Made by a program: the position numbers and the translations under genes. From the NCBI GenBank assembly GCA_016703425.1, contig JADJCA010000011.1:314050-378049 (forward strand): 64,000 nt of DNA. The letters are read 5' to 3'. Positions 1-9,264 of this stretch are shown in pieces (position 1 is the stretch's first letter; each line of letters opens with the position of its first letter). Below the pieces are notes generated by a model that had not been told where the DNA came from, did not search any database, and was given only the letters and a program-made list of their open reading frames with translations. The stretch is from Myxococcales bacterium (GTDB lineage: Bacteria; Myxococcota_A; Polyangia; Polyangiales; Polyangiaceae).

Positions 1-874
1 CCGAGTAGACGTGCTCGCCTTTGAGATCGACGACGGGCAAGTCGGAGGGCGTGAGAATGGCCAGATCGAGGCCGTAGCGGTCCGCCACGCTCCGCGCATA
101 GCCCTCGCTCGCGCGGAACGACGGAAGATCGGGGCGGGCGAACATGTACGCCTTGACGTGGCTCGCGCGGGCGCCGACGAGGCACGCGATGAACGACGAG
201 TCGAGCCCGCCGGAGAGCTCGCAACAAATGTCGCCGGGCGTGGCTTGAAGGAGTCGCTCCTCGACGCCGCGCACAAGCAGCTCGCGAACGCGGAGGCCCG
301 CCTCGCGGATGCCTTGCCGGCGATCGTGGTGGTAGCGCCACGCGCGGCGAACAAGCTGCCGTTCCGCGACGCCGCTTGGCGAGAGCGTCACGAGGTGACC
401 CGGCAAGACGCGTCGGACGCCGGCGAGCGGCGTCTCTGGGAGCGCATGAAGGAGCGACGGCGTTCCGACGATGAAGCGGTCGCGGTAGATCGGGTCAGGC
501 TCGCTGGCGCCCGCGAGGGCGAGCGGCAGCAAGCGGTTCGAGACCGCCCGTTGACGTTCCGCGATGAAGAGCTGCCGCGAGGCCGCGAAGCTCTTCCAAG
601 CGAGGACGTCGCAAGGGCGCGCGATGACGGCGATGAAGTCACCTTCGGCGCGGGCGAGGGCTACGTCGCCCTCGCGAAGGAACGCCTCGAGGAGCAGCAA
701 CGCGACCGCGCTCGGCGACTGACCCCCGAGAGGGGGCGCGTCCGCGCGAAGTCGATCGATGCGCCCCTCGAAGACAAGCGCGGCCTCGCCGCGCTGCGCG
801 GAGGGGTACGCTCCGGGCTCAAAGGCCACTCCGCCTTCGGCGCCCTTCACCAGAAAGCTGTCCGGCAGATGCAC
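1..874 (-). CDS. Lasso peptide cyclase (asparagine synthetase B-like, McjC/C protein). 5' (N-terminal) ~290 codons only; the gene runs off the left window edge.
   Basis: Hand translation of the minus strand in the frame occupying + triplets starting at 2 mod 3 gives ...IYRDRFIVGTPSLLHALPETPLAGVRRVLPGHLVTLSPSG...LQATPGDICCELSGGLDSSFIACLVGARASHVKAYMFARPDLPSF... The SGGLDSS PP-loop (ATP pyrophosphatase) motif is typical of AsnB-like lasso cyclases. A stop lies upstream at 884-886 and a candidate GTG start at 872-874. Not in the ORF track because the ORF is open at the window edge. Confidence 0.7.
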   Translation of the reverse strand, partial: MHLPDSFLVKGAEGGVAFEPGAYPSAQRGEAALVFEGRIDRLRADAPPLGGQSPSAVALLLLEAFLREGDVALARAEGDFIAVIARPCDVLAWKSFAASRQLFIAERQRAVSNRLLPLALAGASEPDPIYRDRFIVGTPSLLHALPETPLAGVRRVLPGHLVTLSPSGVAERQLVRRAWRYHHDRRQGIREAGLRVRELLVRGVEERLLQATPGDICCELSGGLDSSFIACLVGARASHVKAYMFARPDLPSFRASEGYARSVADRYGLDLAILTPSDLPVVDLKGEHVYS

Positions 875-942
875 GCTCGATGTCTATCAGCTCCCAAGCG
901 AGGCCGGCGCGAAGTGAGAACGTTCCGCCACCCGGTGCGCCG

Positions 943-1335
943 ATGACCGCGCACCTGTTTCTACTTTCCCTCGCGGGCACGCGCTGGCTCGGCCCCGAAC
1001 GAACGGCCGAGCTCTTGCGGCGGCTAGGAACGGCGCGACGGCGCGTGGGGCTCGCGGGGCGTCACAACACCAAGGAGGCGGTGCGCGCGCGCGTTCTCCA
1101 GGCGCTTCGGCGCGTGCCGCTCCCCATCGAGTGTTTGGACCAAGCGCTCGTGACTTGGTACCTGCTCAACTTGAAAGGTCACCCGGCGACGCTCAAGATC
1201 GGGATGCGTCTGTCGCCGGTGATCGGTCACGCGTGGGTCGATGCAGACGGGACCCTCTTCGGCGAAATCCCCGGCCTCGAAGACTTCGCCATCGTGAACG
1301 AGCTCTTGCCGTGGGGTGAGGAGGACGAGAATTGA
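943..1335 (+). CDS. Lasso peptide biosynthesis B2 protein (transglutaminase-like cysteine leader peptidase, McjB C-terminal-domain homolog).
   Basis: In-frame ATG at 943 inside track ORF 880..1335. The protein ...PIECLDQALVTWYLLNLKGHPATLKIGMRLSPVIGHAWVDADGTLFGE carries the Cys...His...Asp arrangement and the HAWV(D/E) motif characteristic of lasso B2 proteases. Divergent from the cyclase gene. Confidence 0.75.
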   Translation: MTAHLFLLSLAGTRWLGPERTAELLRRLGTARRRVGLAGRHNTKEAVRARVLQALRRVPLPIECLDQALVTWYLLNLKGHPATLKIGMRLSPVIGHAWVDADGTLFGEIPGLEDFAIVNELLPWGEEDEN

Positions 1336-1589
1336 GCGCGAAACTCGCGAAGGGTGTGTCGTTGACAGAGATCGAAGGCAAGGCCGTCCTCTTCGCGATG
1401 CGAACGGGGGACACGTTCGGCCTAAGCGAGACGGCCGCCGTCTTCCTGCGCGCCCTGCTCAAGGGGACGTTCGAAAGCGCGGTCGTTGCCGTCACCGACA
1501 GCTACGACGCCGATCCGAAAGCCGTTGGCGACGACATGCGCGAGCTCCTGGCGGAGCTCGAACGCATGAAGCTGCTCGAGCGAGCCTGA
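1332..1589 (+). CDS. PqqD-family RiPP recognition element (lasso peptide B1 protein).
   Basis: 85 aa (VSLTEIEGKAVLFAMRTGDTFGLSETAAVFLRALLKGTFESAVVAVTDSYDADPKAVGDDMRELLAELERMKLL) with the typical PqqD/RRE size and pattern. Start overlaps the B2 stop (ATGA-type coupling). Confidence 0.7.
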   Translation: MSAKLAKGVSLTEIEGKAVLFAMRTGDTFGLSETAAVFLRALLKGTFESAVVAVTDSYDADPKAVGDDMRELLAELERMKLLERA

Positions 1590-1590
1590 G

Positions 1591-1622
1591 CGACACGACG
1601 CGACGCGACGCGACGCGACGCG
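1591..1622. repeat. Pentanucleotide microsatellite (CGACG)n, about 6 copies.
   Basis: Sequence cgacacgacgcgacgcgacgcgacgcgacgcg immediately after the B1 stop codon has period 5. Confidence 0.8.
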
Positions 1623-1707
1623 TGGGAAGCGAAAGATGCGATGGCGGAAACGCACCACCCGCGCCATAGTCGGCGCTTCGAATTGGGGGGGCGACCAGGA
1701 GTACCGC

Positions 1708-2388
1708 ATGACGACTCGCCCGCTTCATTCCCTTCGCGCTTTCGCCACCCTCGCAACGTTTGGAGTCCTGACCGCCGTGGCCGCGTGCAGCAGCGACGCG
1801 ACGTCGAGTTCGCCGGCAGCATCCAGCGACGCGTCCACGACGACGAACGCCGACGGAGCCACGACTTCACAGCAAAGCGACGCGTCGACCAGCGACGCCG
1901 CAGTGACCGCCCTCGACTGCACCACCGCGAACCAATCGCTCGTGTTTTCGTCCGTCTCGGCGAACATTCAGAAAGGCGCGTTCACGACGCCGCCGGCCGG
2001 CATCAAGACGCCGAGCCAGCTCTTTCTGGAGCTGAAAGAAACCGTTTCGTCGGTCGAGCGCACCTTCGACGTCGAGTTCTACGCGACGACCTTGGCGGTA
2101 GGAAAAGCCTTCGACATCGCAACGCAAGGCGCGCCCGGTGGCGCTGACACGGCGTGGGGCAGCTACTTCGAATCGGGCGCCGGCGCACCGCCGAGCGGCG
2201 ACGTCTTCATCCCGCAGAGCGGAAAGATCACGGTCGTGTGCGCGACCGCCGACTTTCTCGGCGTGACGCTCAAGGATGTGGTGTTCGGTAGCGCCGGTGG
2301 CGGTCCGGGGGCTGTCGACGCGGCGGCGGCGGGCTCCTTCACCGCGAACGGGACGATCGTCGCGAAGCTCGTGGCCGGCACTCACTGA
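1708..2388 (+). CDS. Hypothetical lipoprotein (Ser/Thr/Asp-rich linker plus a folded C-terminal domain).
   Basis: Internal ATG at 1708 of track ORF 1636..2388 gives MTTRPLHSLRAFATLATFGVLTAVAAC: an n-region, h-region and lipobox VAAC. The rest is non-repetitive and protein-like. Confidence 0.5.
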   Translation: MTTRPLHSLRAFATLATFGVLTAVAACSSDATSSSPAASSDASTTTNADGATTSQQSDASTSDAAVTALDCTTANQSLVFSSVSANIQKGAFTTPPAGIKTPSQLFLELKETVSSVERTFDVEFYATTLAVGKAFDIATQGAPGGADTAWGSYFESGAGAPPSGDVFIPQSGKITVVCATADFLGVTLKDVVFGSAGGGPGAVDAAAAGSFTANGTIVAKLVAGTH

Positions 2389-2470
2389 GGGGCGCGCTCG
2401 ACGGGGCGCGGGGCCTTCGGGTAAAGCTGACGCGTCACGCGCCGACGCTGCGCGCAAACCTGAAGGTCCC

Positions 2471-3425
2471 ATGAGTGCCCCTGCCGCCGTCACCGCCGAG
2501 AAGCTCTTCGAGGAGGCGTTTCTTCCGCTCTACCCGGAAGACGCCGCCCGGGATCTCAAGACCGCGCGACGCGTGGACGCGAACCCAGGGCAAAACCCGA
2601 ACATCGAAGAGCACCTCCGAGAGGCAGCGCAAATCTTCGCGGCCATGGCGCCGGAAGCGCTCGGCGGCGCCGTCGACCTCGACTTCACCGACGCGAGCGT
2701 GCACCGCCTGACGCCGCTCCTGTCGGCACGAGCGCGCGACCGCTGGCGCGCCGAAGACGCCCATGGCACGGCGCGCGGCACGCTCTTCAACTTCGTCGTC
2801 CACGGCGCGGCCTACGTCGGAGAGTGCGCGAGGCGCGGCCGGGAACGCCAAGTGGCTCGTCCGTCGCCCCCTCTGGGAGAGCCTCCTGGAGCTTCGTTCC
2901 GCCGCCGGCGTCGCCGAGCTCGCGCCCTTCCACTTTTGGCTCAAGGCCCTCTCCGACGACGCGCTCGAAGGCCGCGTGGCGTCGCTCGGAGACCGCTACC
3001 GCACCCACGTCGAGACCCCCACGCTCGACGTCAGCGCGATGCCGGTGTTCCTGCCGACGGAGCGGCGCCTGCCGCGCCTCACCAAGGTTCGCTACGACGC
3101 GCTCTACAAGTACATGAGGGCGCACCTTCCCGAGATCCGCGATCTCGGGCGCGACTTTCCGAGCCCCGAGCGCTTCGACGACATGGGGCTTCGCTGGGTC
3201 GACGCTCACATCCTCGGTGGAGGACGGTTGGCGCTCCTCGCCGCCGCGGGCCGCGGCGGGGTTCACCTCTTCTGGCTCGACGGCGCCGGCTTCACCAAGG
3301 GCGCCTTCGTCGCGGGCGACGACTTCCCCGAGCCCGTCGTCGACGTGCGCGGCGAGCGCATCGTGGTGATGACGCGCGACGGGGCGCAGGACGCCGTGAG
3401 CGAAATGTTGTGGTGGGGGCCCTGA
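2471..3425 (+). pseudogene. Hypothetical protein gene with an apparent +1/-1 frameshift near 2825-2845 (sequencing indel or pseudogene).
   Basis: Protein-like sequence MSAPAAVTAEKLFEEAFLPLYPEDAARDLK...NFVVHGAAYVGECA in frame 2 continues as ...NAKWLVRRPLWESLLELRSAAGVAELAPFHFWLKALSDD...VMTRDGAQDAVSEMLWWGP in frame 0 (track ORF 2763..3425). Both overlapping long ORFs (2276..4375 +, 2787..4424 -) are Arg-rich nonsense elsewhere. Confidence 0.4.
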
Positions 3426-3515
3426 GCCGTCCGAGAGGCGCGCTCGAGCGGTGCCTCCCCCAACGCACCGCCCAGCACGCACACCCGCGAGACCGTTTGC
3501 GTCTACACTCCGCCG

Positions 3516-5183
3516 GTGCAGTTCCCCGGCAAGACCGAGACGCGGCTCGCCATCGTGATCATGAGCGTGGCCATGGCGCCGCTGCTCGTGGCCGTGCTCT
3601 TTGCGCGCTCGATGTTTTCGCAGGCCGCGTCGGTGTGGTTCAACCCGGAGGTTGGCACCGAGCTCGACCGCGGCGTGGGCCTCTACAAGGATTACGTCCG
3701 CGTCATCAAGGAGGACATGCGGCACCGCGCCGAGCTGCTCGCGGAAGACGACGCCTTGCGAGAGGCCGCGAAGAAGAAGAGCCCGGCAGACCTGGAGCGC
3801 GCGCTCGCGCCGCTGTTCGCCAAGTACCCAGACATCGTTGCCCTCAAGGTCCTGACGGAGAGCGGCGAGCTGCTCGGTCAAAGGGACCGCGGTCGGCCCG
3901 TCGACGAAGGCCGCGAGCGGAGCCTCGACGTGACCAGGCCGCTGACCCGCGACGACGCCGCCGCCTCGCTCGTCGTGACCTTCGCTGCGGACCGCAACAA
4001 GCTCGACGGCCTGGAGGCGTCGAGCGCCGTCGTGGCCAAGTATCACCAGCTCGAAGGGTCCCGCACCGATCTGTACACCGGCTACGTGACGGCCTTCGCG
4101 GCGCTCCTGGGCATCACGTCCGTCGCCACCGTAGGGCTTGGCATCTTGCTCGCGCGCGGTGTCACCAAGCGCATCAATCGGCTCGGCGCGGCCATGAACC
4201 TCGTCGCGCAGGGCGATCTCACGGCCCGCGTGCCCGTTACGGGAACCGACGAGCTGACGGAGCTGGCCTTCGGCTTCAACCGCATGCTGGACGAGATCTC
4301 GCAGACTCGCGCGCGGCTCGAATTCTTGCAGCGCTTGGGCGCTTGGCAGGAGATGGCCCAGCGGCTCGCCCATGAGATCAAGAACCCGCTCACGCCGATT
4401 CAACTCGCGGTGCAGGAGTGCCACCGAAAGTATGCGGGGGAAGATGGCAAGTACCGCTCCCTCCTCGACACGACCCTCGAGATTGTCGAAGAAGAAGTCG
4501 CGACGCTAAGGCGCCTCGTCTCGAACTTCTCCAACTTCGCACGCCTGCCGCACTCGGAGCTCCGCGACGGCAGCTTGCGCGAGTTCGTGCTCGAGTGCTC
4601 GTCGCAGCTCGGTCACCTGGAGGATGAAGGCGAGTCCATCGGCGAAGACGCGCGACGGACCAACGTCACCATCGATTGGCGTGTCCCAACGGGCGAGCTG
4701 CCGGTGGCCGTCGACCGGCAGATGCTCCGCCGCGTCGTCGTCAACTTGGTGCGCAACGCCGTGCAAGCCATTCGCGGCGCGCGCGGCGAAGGCGGGACGG
4801 TGCGCGTCTCAGCGGAGGCCGAAGGCCAGGGCGCGGTCCTTTACATCGACGACGACGGGCCCGGCATCCCCGACGAGCTGCAGGCTCGGGTCTTTGAGCC
4901 CTACTTCACCACCAAGTCTGATGGCACAGGCCTCGGCTTGGCCATCGTGAAGAAGGTCGTCGTTGAGCACGGCGGCTCCATCAGCGCGGCGAAGAGTCCC
5001 CTCGGCGGCGCGCGCTTCGCCGTTCACCTGCCGCCGCCCACGTCGTTGGCGCTCGCGGCGGCGCGCGAGGCGCGCGAGCTGGCTCTCCGCGCCGGCGTTT
5101 CGACGAGTCAGCTGGACGTCCCCGAGATCAAGGCGCTAAGGGAAGCGGCGCGGGCGAAGAAGAGCGCCCGGGAGGACGCATGA
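3516..5183 (+). CDS. Two-component sensor histidine kinase (TM, HAMP, HisKA, HATPase_c).
   Basis: H-box LAHEIKNPLTPIQLAV; N/G-box region ...LVRNAVQAI...; G2 box GTGLGLAIVKKVVVEHGGSI; N-terminal hydrophobic segment. A GTG at 3513 is an alternative start. Confidence 0.85.
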   Translation: MQFPGKTETRLAIVIMSVAMAPLLVAVLFARSMFSQAASVWFNPEVGTELDRGVGLYKDYVRVIKEDMRHRAELLAEDDALREAAKKKSPADLERALAPLFAKYPDIVALKVLTESGELLGQRDRGRPVDEGRERSLDVTRPLTRDDAAASLVVTFAADRNKLDGLEASSAVVAKYHQLEGSRTDLYTGYVTAFAALLGITSVATVGLGILLARGVTKRINRLGAAMNLVAQGDLTARVPVTGTDELTELAFGFNRMLDEISQTRARLEFLQRLGAWQEMAQRLAHEIKNPLTPIQLAVQECHRKYAGEDGKYRSLLDTTLEIVEEEVATLRRLVSNFSNFARLPHSELRDGSLREFVLECSSQLGHLEDEGESIGEDARRTNVTIDWRVPTGELPVAVDRQMLRRVVVNLVRNAVQAIRGARGEGGTVRVSAEAEGQGAVLYIDDDGPGIPDELQARVFEPYFTTKSDGTGLGLAIVKKVVVEHGGSISAAKSPLGGARFAVHLPPPTSLALAAAREARELALRAGVSTSQLDVPEIKALREAARAKKSAREDA

Positions 5184-5749
5184 CCGAGGAGCAAAAGACC
5201 GGCGGAGAGGCGCGGCTCGAACAAGAAGAGGGTGGCACGCTGCGAACCCTCGTGTTGGTCGTGCTCTTTGTGGCCGGTGTGGCGTTCGCGTCGCGGCTCG
5301 TCAGGCCGCCGGTTCATGCCCTCCAAGGCAAGCCAGCCCCGACGTTCTCCCTGGGCGCCCTCGACACGGGGAGCGGCGCGGCTGCCACCGTGTCGTTGAC
5401 CGACCTCCGTGGCAAGGTCGTGCTCCTCGATTTTTGGGCCACATGGTGCGGCCCGTGCAAGGCCCAATCGCCGATCCTCGACGGTGTGCAGCGGCGCCTC
5501 AAGGATCGCGGCCTCGTGGTCGTGGGCGTGGGAACCAACGACTCGCCGGCCGCTGCGCGGGCATGGGTCAAAGGCCACGGCATTAGCTACCCCGTGGTCA
5601 TGGACGAGGACGGCACCGTGTCCCGCGCCTACGGCGTCTCCAATTTGCCCACGCTCGTGGTGCTCGCCAAAGACGGCACCGTGCGAGCGGTGCGCGTTGG
5701 CCTGACCGACGCCTCGGAGCTCGAGCGCTTGGTCGCCGGCGTCTTGTAG
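5180..5749 (+). CDS. TlpA/ResA-family periplasmic thiol:disulfide oxidoreductase (thioredoxin fold).
   Basis: WCGPC active-site motif (FWATWCGPCKAQSP), N-terminal membrane anchor, AhpC/TSA-like layout. Confidence 0.85.
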   Translation: MTEEQKTGGEARLEQEEGGTLRTLVLVVLFVAGVAFASRLVRPPVHALQGKPAPTFSLGALDTGSGAAATVSLTDLRGKVVLLDFWATWCGPCKAQSPILDGVQRRLKDRGLVVVGVGTNDSPAAARAWVKGHGISYPVVMDEDGTVSRAYGVSNLPTLVVLAKDGTVRAVRVGLTDASELERLVAGVL

Positions 5750-5779
5750 GTTGGTGCCGAAACGCGAACGCTCCGCGGC

Positions 5780-7359
5780 TCAGCAGTCGTGGGAGTCGGC
5801 GCACGAGCTCGTCGACCCGGGAATGACGCTCGTCGACTCGTAGATCACGCGCGACTCGCAGGCGACGCCGTCCTTGGAGAAGCAGACCTCTTCGCTGCGA
5901 TGGAACCCATCGGCGCGACGCACGGCCGGCAGACGAATGCGGAGGAGCAGGGTCTTGCCATCGGGAAGGATGCCGATGTCGCGAAGGCTCGTGCCGATGC
6001 GCGTCGTCGTCTTCGCGCCGAGGTCGAGTCGGTAGAGATCGCCACCGAGGCCATCGGCGGTGGCCTTGAGCGTGAAGACCTGACCGGCGCTCGTCTGCAC
6101 GAAGCGATCGAGGGACGCGACGGGCCCGGCGAAGGCCGCGTAGCTGCGGGTCTCGAGATCGAACGTCCCGAAGGGTGCGTCGCTGCCGAAGGCGGCGCTC
6201 GCCTCGAGGCGCACCCCCTTTTCGTCGAGCGTTAGCTTCGCCTTGGCGGTGAGGCGCTCGACCTTGACCGACGCATCGACGAGCAACGACTTGCCATCGC
6301 GGGCCATGGCGAAGCGCGGCAAGGCGTGACCGATGGGCGTGAGCGTGAACTTGAGGGTCCGCGTGTCGATGACCATCAAGTGGAACGGATCGGCGCCGGC
6401 GGCGGGCACCAGCGACTTGTCGTCAAACATCGCCGCGTCCATGCGAGCCGTGTCGAGGTAGGCCACGGCGCGCTGGCCCGACGGATCCAGCGCCACGGGA
6501 CCAAACCCAGGAAGGTTCTTCAGAAACGTGGCGCCCTTCGCGTCGAAGTCGACGACGCTCACGGGGTCTGGGTTCGTCCACGTTTGCGTCGTGTTGGGCG
6601 GCCGGTCCTCGATGCAATACGTCGGCGACAGAAAGCCGCGCGAACCATCGGGCACCACCACAAGCGGCGCCGCGCAGTTGGGGACGGAGACCTTCGAGAC
6701 CGACAGGTTTGCGAGGCCTACGCTCGTGAGAACCGTCTCGGGCAGGTGATTCGACCACGTCGTCGAGCCAACGAAGACGGCGCTCTTGCCGCCGGGAAGG
6801 AACGTCACGCTCGTGGAGACGGACGCGAGGACGACCTCCCCGCGGAGCTTGCCCGTTTGCGTGTCGACGAGGGCCGCGCGGTCCGGCGCTCCCACGAGCA
6901 CCGTGCCGTCGTCTTGGCTGATGGAGAGCGTGCGCGCGTCCGTCGACGACGGTGCCACGCGCCACTTCTCGTTTCCCGTGGCCAGGTCGAGCGCGACGAG
7001 CTCGCCCTTCTTGTCCCACGCGTAGCCGACGTCACCTTCGTGCGCGAAGACGAATCGCTCGGCTTGAAAGGAGAGCTCGCGGGTCTTCTGGGCGACGACA
7101 TCGAGGAGGACGGAGACGTCGTTTCGTTGGAGGAGCGAGTAGCGCCCCGTCGGTGCAACGATCATCACGCCCGTTTGAAGGGACTCACCGGTGACGCCGC
7201 CGCTGGTGCGGTCGTTTGATTGAACGGCGCCACCTTGATCGCCGGTCGTGGGCATGGCGCAACCGACGGCGGCGCCCAGCGCGAGCACCGACACGAGAAT
7301 GCGGGCAAGGGCAGAACGTGTGCGCGAAGACGAAGCTAAGTAAGCCAAGCGGACCTCCA
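5780..7359 (-). CDS. Secreted lipoprotein with beta-propeller-like repeats and a Cys-rich C-terminus; function unknown.
   Basis: Track ORF 5780..7534. The real start is probably a TTG or GTG near 7359-7375, giving ...LARILVSVLALGAAVGC (lipobox). The rest has repeated beta-strand-rich segments. C-terminus ...CFSKDGVACESRVIYESTSVIPGSTSSCADSHDC. Confidence 0.5.
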
Positions 7360-7579
7360 ATGTTTCGGAGCAAGCGCCGGTCCAGCGGGACAAGCACGAC
7401 ACCGATCTGATGGGTGAGACTGCGCGCCGGTCCCGCGCTTCAAGGAAACGCTCGCGATTCTCGCGATTCGGTGGGACTGCGCACGGCGCCACACGAAGAC
7501 CGTGATCGCGGCGCCAGGCTGATCGACTGATCATGGCGCCGCGAGGGCGAAAGGTGCGCCGGTCGCTCTAACGCTTGCT

Positions 7580-8428
7580 CTAGGTCGGCTTGCGGATCGA
7601 GGCGCGCATCGGCAGGAAAAAGCGCGTTCCCGTGAGCTCGTTGAGGCCGGCGTACAAGTCCGTGTCGTAGGTCTCGCGCAGCGAGGCGTAGGTCATGACT
7701 TCGTCGATGGAGCCAGACGCCACGACGGCGCCCTTCTTCATGAGCACCACGCGCGACGCGTATTGAGCGGCCAGGTTGAGGTCGTGCATGACAACGAGGC
7801 AAGCGATGCGGTCTTTGGCGGTGACCTCGGCCAAGAGGTCGTAGAGGCCGAGCGCGTGCCCCACGTCGAGGAACGCCGCCGGCTCGTCCAACAGCAGGAC
7901 CTCAGGCTTCTGCGCCAGTGCTCGCGCGATGGACACCCGCTTGTGTTCCCCGCCGCTCAGCGCCGAGGCCGGGCGATGGGCGAGGTCACGAAGGTCGCAG
8001 CGCGCGAGGACATCCTCGACGATGGCTTCGTCTTCGTCGGAGGGGCGCATCCACGCCCCCTGGTGTGGCGCACGCCCCATGCGGACAATCTCCCGCACCG
8101 AGAAGGAGAACGCGATCTCCTCGGTTTGGTGCACGACGGCGAGCCGCTGGGCCACGGCCCGACGCTCCAAGTCCCCGAGGGCCGTGCCAAAGAGCCGCAC
8201 GGCGCCCGACGTGGGCGTCATCGCGCCGGCGAGGAGCTTGAGTAGCGTCGACTTGCCGGCGCCGTTGGGACCAAGGACGGCCACGAGCTCGCTGGCAGCC
8301 ACGTGCAGCGTCACGTCACGAACGACGTCGCGCGCCTCGGCGTAGCCCGCGTGGACGCGCTGGGCCTCGACTGGGTGCGCGCCTCCTGCGGCGGCTGATT
8401 CAGTTTGTTCACGCGGCGCGGCGCGCAT
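7580..8428 (-). CDS. ABC transporter ATP-binding protein, iron-siderophore/heme (FepC/HmuV) type.
   Basis: Walker A GPNGAGKST, signature LSGGEHKRV, Walker B LLLDEPAAFLD, H-loop VMHD. Confidence 0.8.
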   Translation of the reverse strand: MRAAPREQTESAAAGGAHPVEAQRVHAGYAEARDVVRDVTLHVAASELVAVLGPNGAGKSTLLKLLAGAMTPTSGAVRLFGTALGDLERRAVAQRLAVVHQTEEIAFSFSVREIVRMGRAPHQGAWMRPSDEDEAIVEDVLARCDLRDLAHRPASALSGGEHKRVSIARALAQKPEVLLLDEPAAFLDVGHALGLYDLLAEVTAKDRIACLVVMHDLNLAAQYASRVVLMKKGAVVASGSIDEVMTYASLRETYDTDLYAGLNELTGTRFFLPMRASIRKPT

Positions 8429-9061
8429 CCATTACCCTCGAGAAGCGTGAGCACGGAAAAGACAGCGCCGGGCCCGACGGGGGCCGAAGAACCCCGCGCA
8501 GCGGGGGACGACGCCAAAGCCAGCGACCCCTCGAGTCACCGGATCATCAAACGCTACTCGAATCGAAAGCTCTACGACACCAAGGAGAGCCGATACGTCA
8601 CGCTGTTGCAGATCGGTGAGCTTGTGCGGGCCGGCGACGAAGTTCGCATCGTCGACAACAAGACCAAACAAGATCTGACAGAAGTCACGCTGGCGCAGAT
8701 CATCTTCGAAGAGCAGAAGGCGAAGGGGCGCAACGTGCCCCTTCAGACGCTGAAGGGCATGATTCAGGCGCGCACCGAGAAGGTGCTCTCCGATCTTCGC
8801 GAAGGCCCCATCGGCCGTCTCATTCCAGGGCCGCCGCTCGCGGGCAAAGAGAAGGAGCCCGAGGTCGTGGAGGAGGCGCGTGAATCGAAGCCGCGCCTCG
8901 TCGAGCAGGCCAAAGTGACGCTCGAAGACTGGCAGCACCGGATGGACGACCGCATCCGCGCCATCCTGCCGAGCCTCAAGCCGTGGCACGAGCTCGAGAG
9001 CGAGGTTCGCGACCTCCGGGCGCGAGTGGCCGAGCTCGAGCGGCAGCTTCGCGAAAAGTAG
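8405..9061 (+). CDS. phaR: Polyhydroxyalkanoate synthesis repressor PhaR.
   Basis: N-terminal PHB/PHA accumulation regulator DNA-binding motif IIKRYSNRKLYDTKESRYVTL, followed by coiled-coil and charged regions typical of PhaR. Confidence 0.75.
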   Translation: MFTRRGAHPLPSRSVSTEKTAPGPTGAEEPRAAGDDAKASDPSSHRIIKRYSNRKLYDTKESRYVTLLQIGELVRAGDEVRIVDNKTKQDLTEVTLAQIIFEEQKAKGRNVPLQTLKGMIQARTEKVLSDLREGPIGRLIPGPPLAGKEKEPEVVEEARESKPRLVEQAKVTLEDWQHRMDDRIRAILPSLKPWHELESEVRDLRARVAELERQLREK

Positions 9062-9106
9062 GACACCCACCGACATCGTCCGCAAAGCGCTCGTCGCTTC
9101 TGCAAA

Positions 9107-9119
9107 GCAATAATATTGC
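9107..9119. promoter_or_regulatory. Perfect 6-1-6 palindrome GCAATAATATTGC in an AT-rich island; putative operator.
   Basis: Located between the phaR stop and the ECF sigma start. Flanked by imperfect inverted GCAAAGC/GCTTTG elements. Unusually AT-rich for this genome. Confidence 0.3.
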
Positions 9120-9264
9120 AATGCATTTGTCGCTTTGTGGCGCGAACCGCGGCGATGATTACCTTCCTCGTTCGTGGCGCACCGGCCACCCGACGAAACT
9201 CGCGGAATAGACAGGCCGCGGGGCCGGTTCGTCCCGGGAACGAAGGCGATCCGAAAGCTCTCCT

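Noticed and set aside
11-946. 311-aa + strand ORF (Arg/Ala-rich)
   Set aside because: Antisense to the lasso cyclase gene. Composition (R, A, E, D runs) is typical of an off-frame translation in 70% GC DNA, and the opposite strand carries the SGGLDSS motif.
1636-1707. Possible lasso precursor MRWRKRTTRAIVGASNWGGDQEY (Gly then Asp at +8)
   Set aside because: Reads straight into the lipoprotein ORF with no stop. Thr is not at -2 relative to the Gly. More likely an untranslated or alternative-start region of the lipoprotein gene.
2276-4424. Overlapping 699-aa (+) and 545-aa (-) ORFs
   Set aside because: Both are Arg-rich nonsense except where they coincide with the real frames: the 2471-3425 gene and the 3516-5183 sensor kinase.
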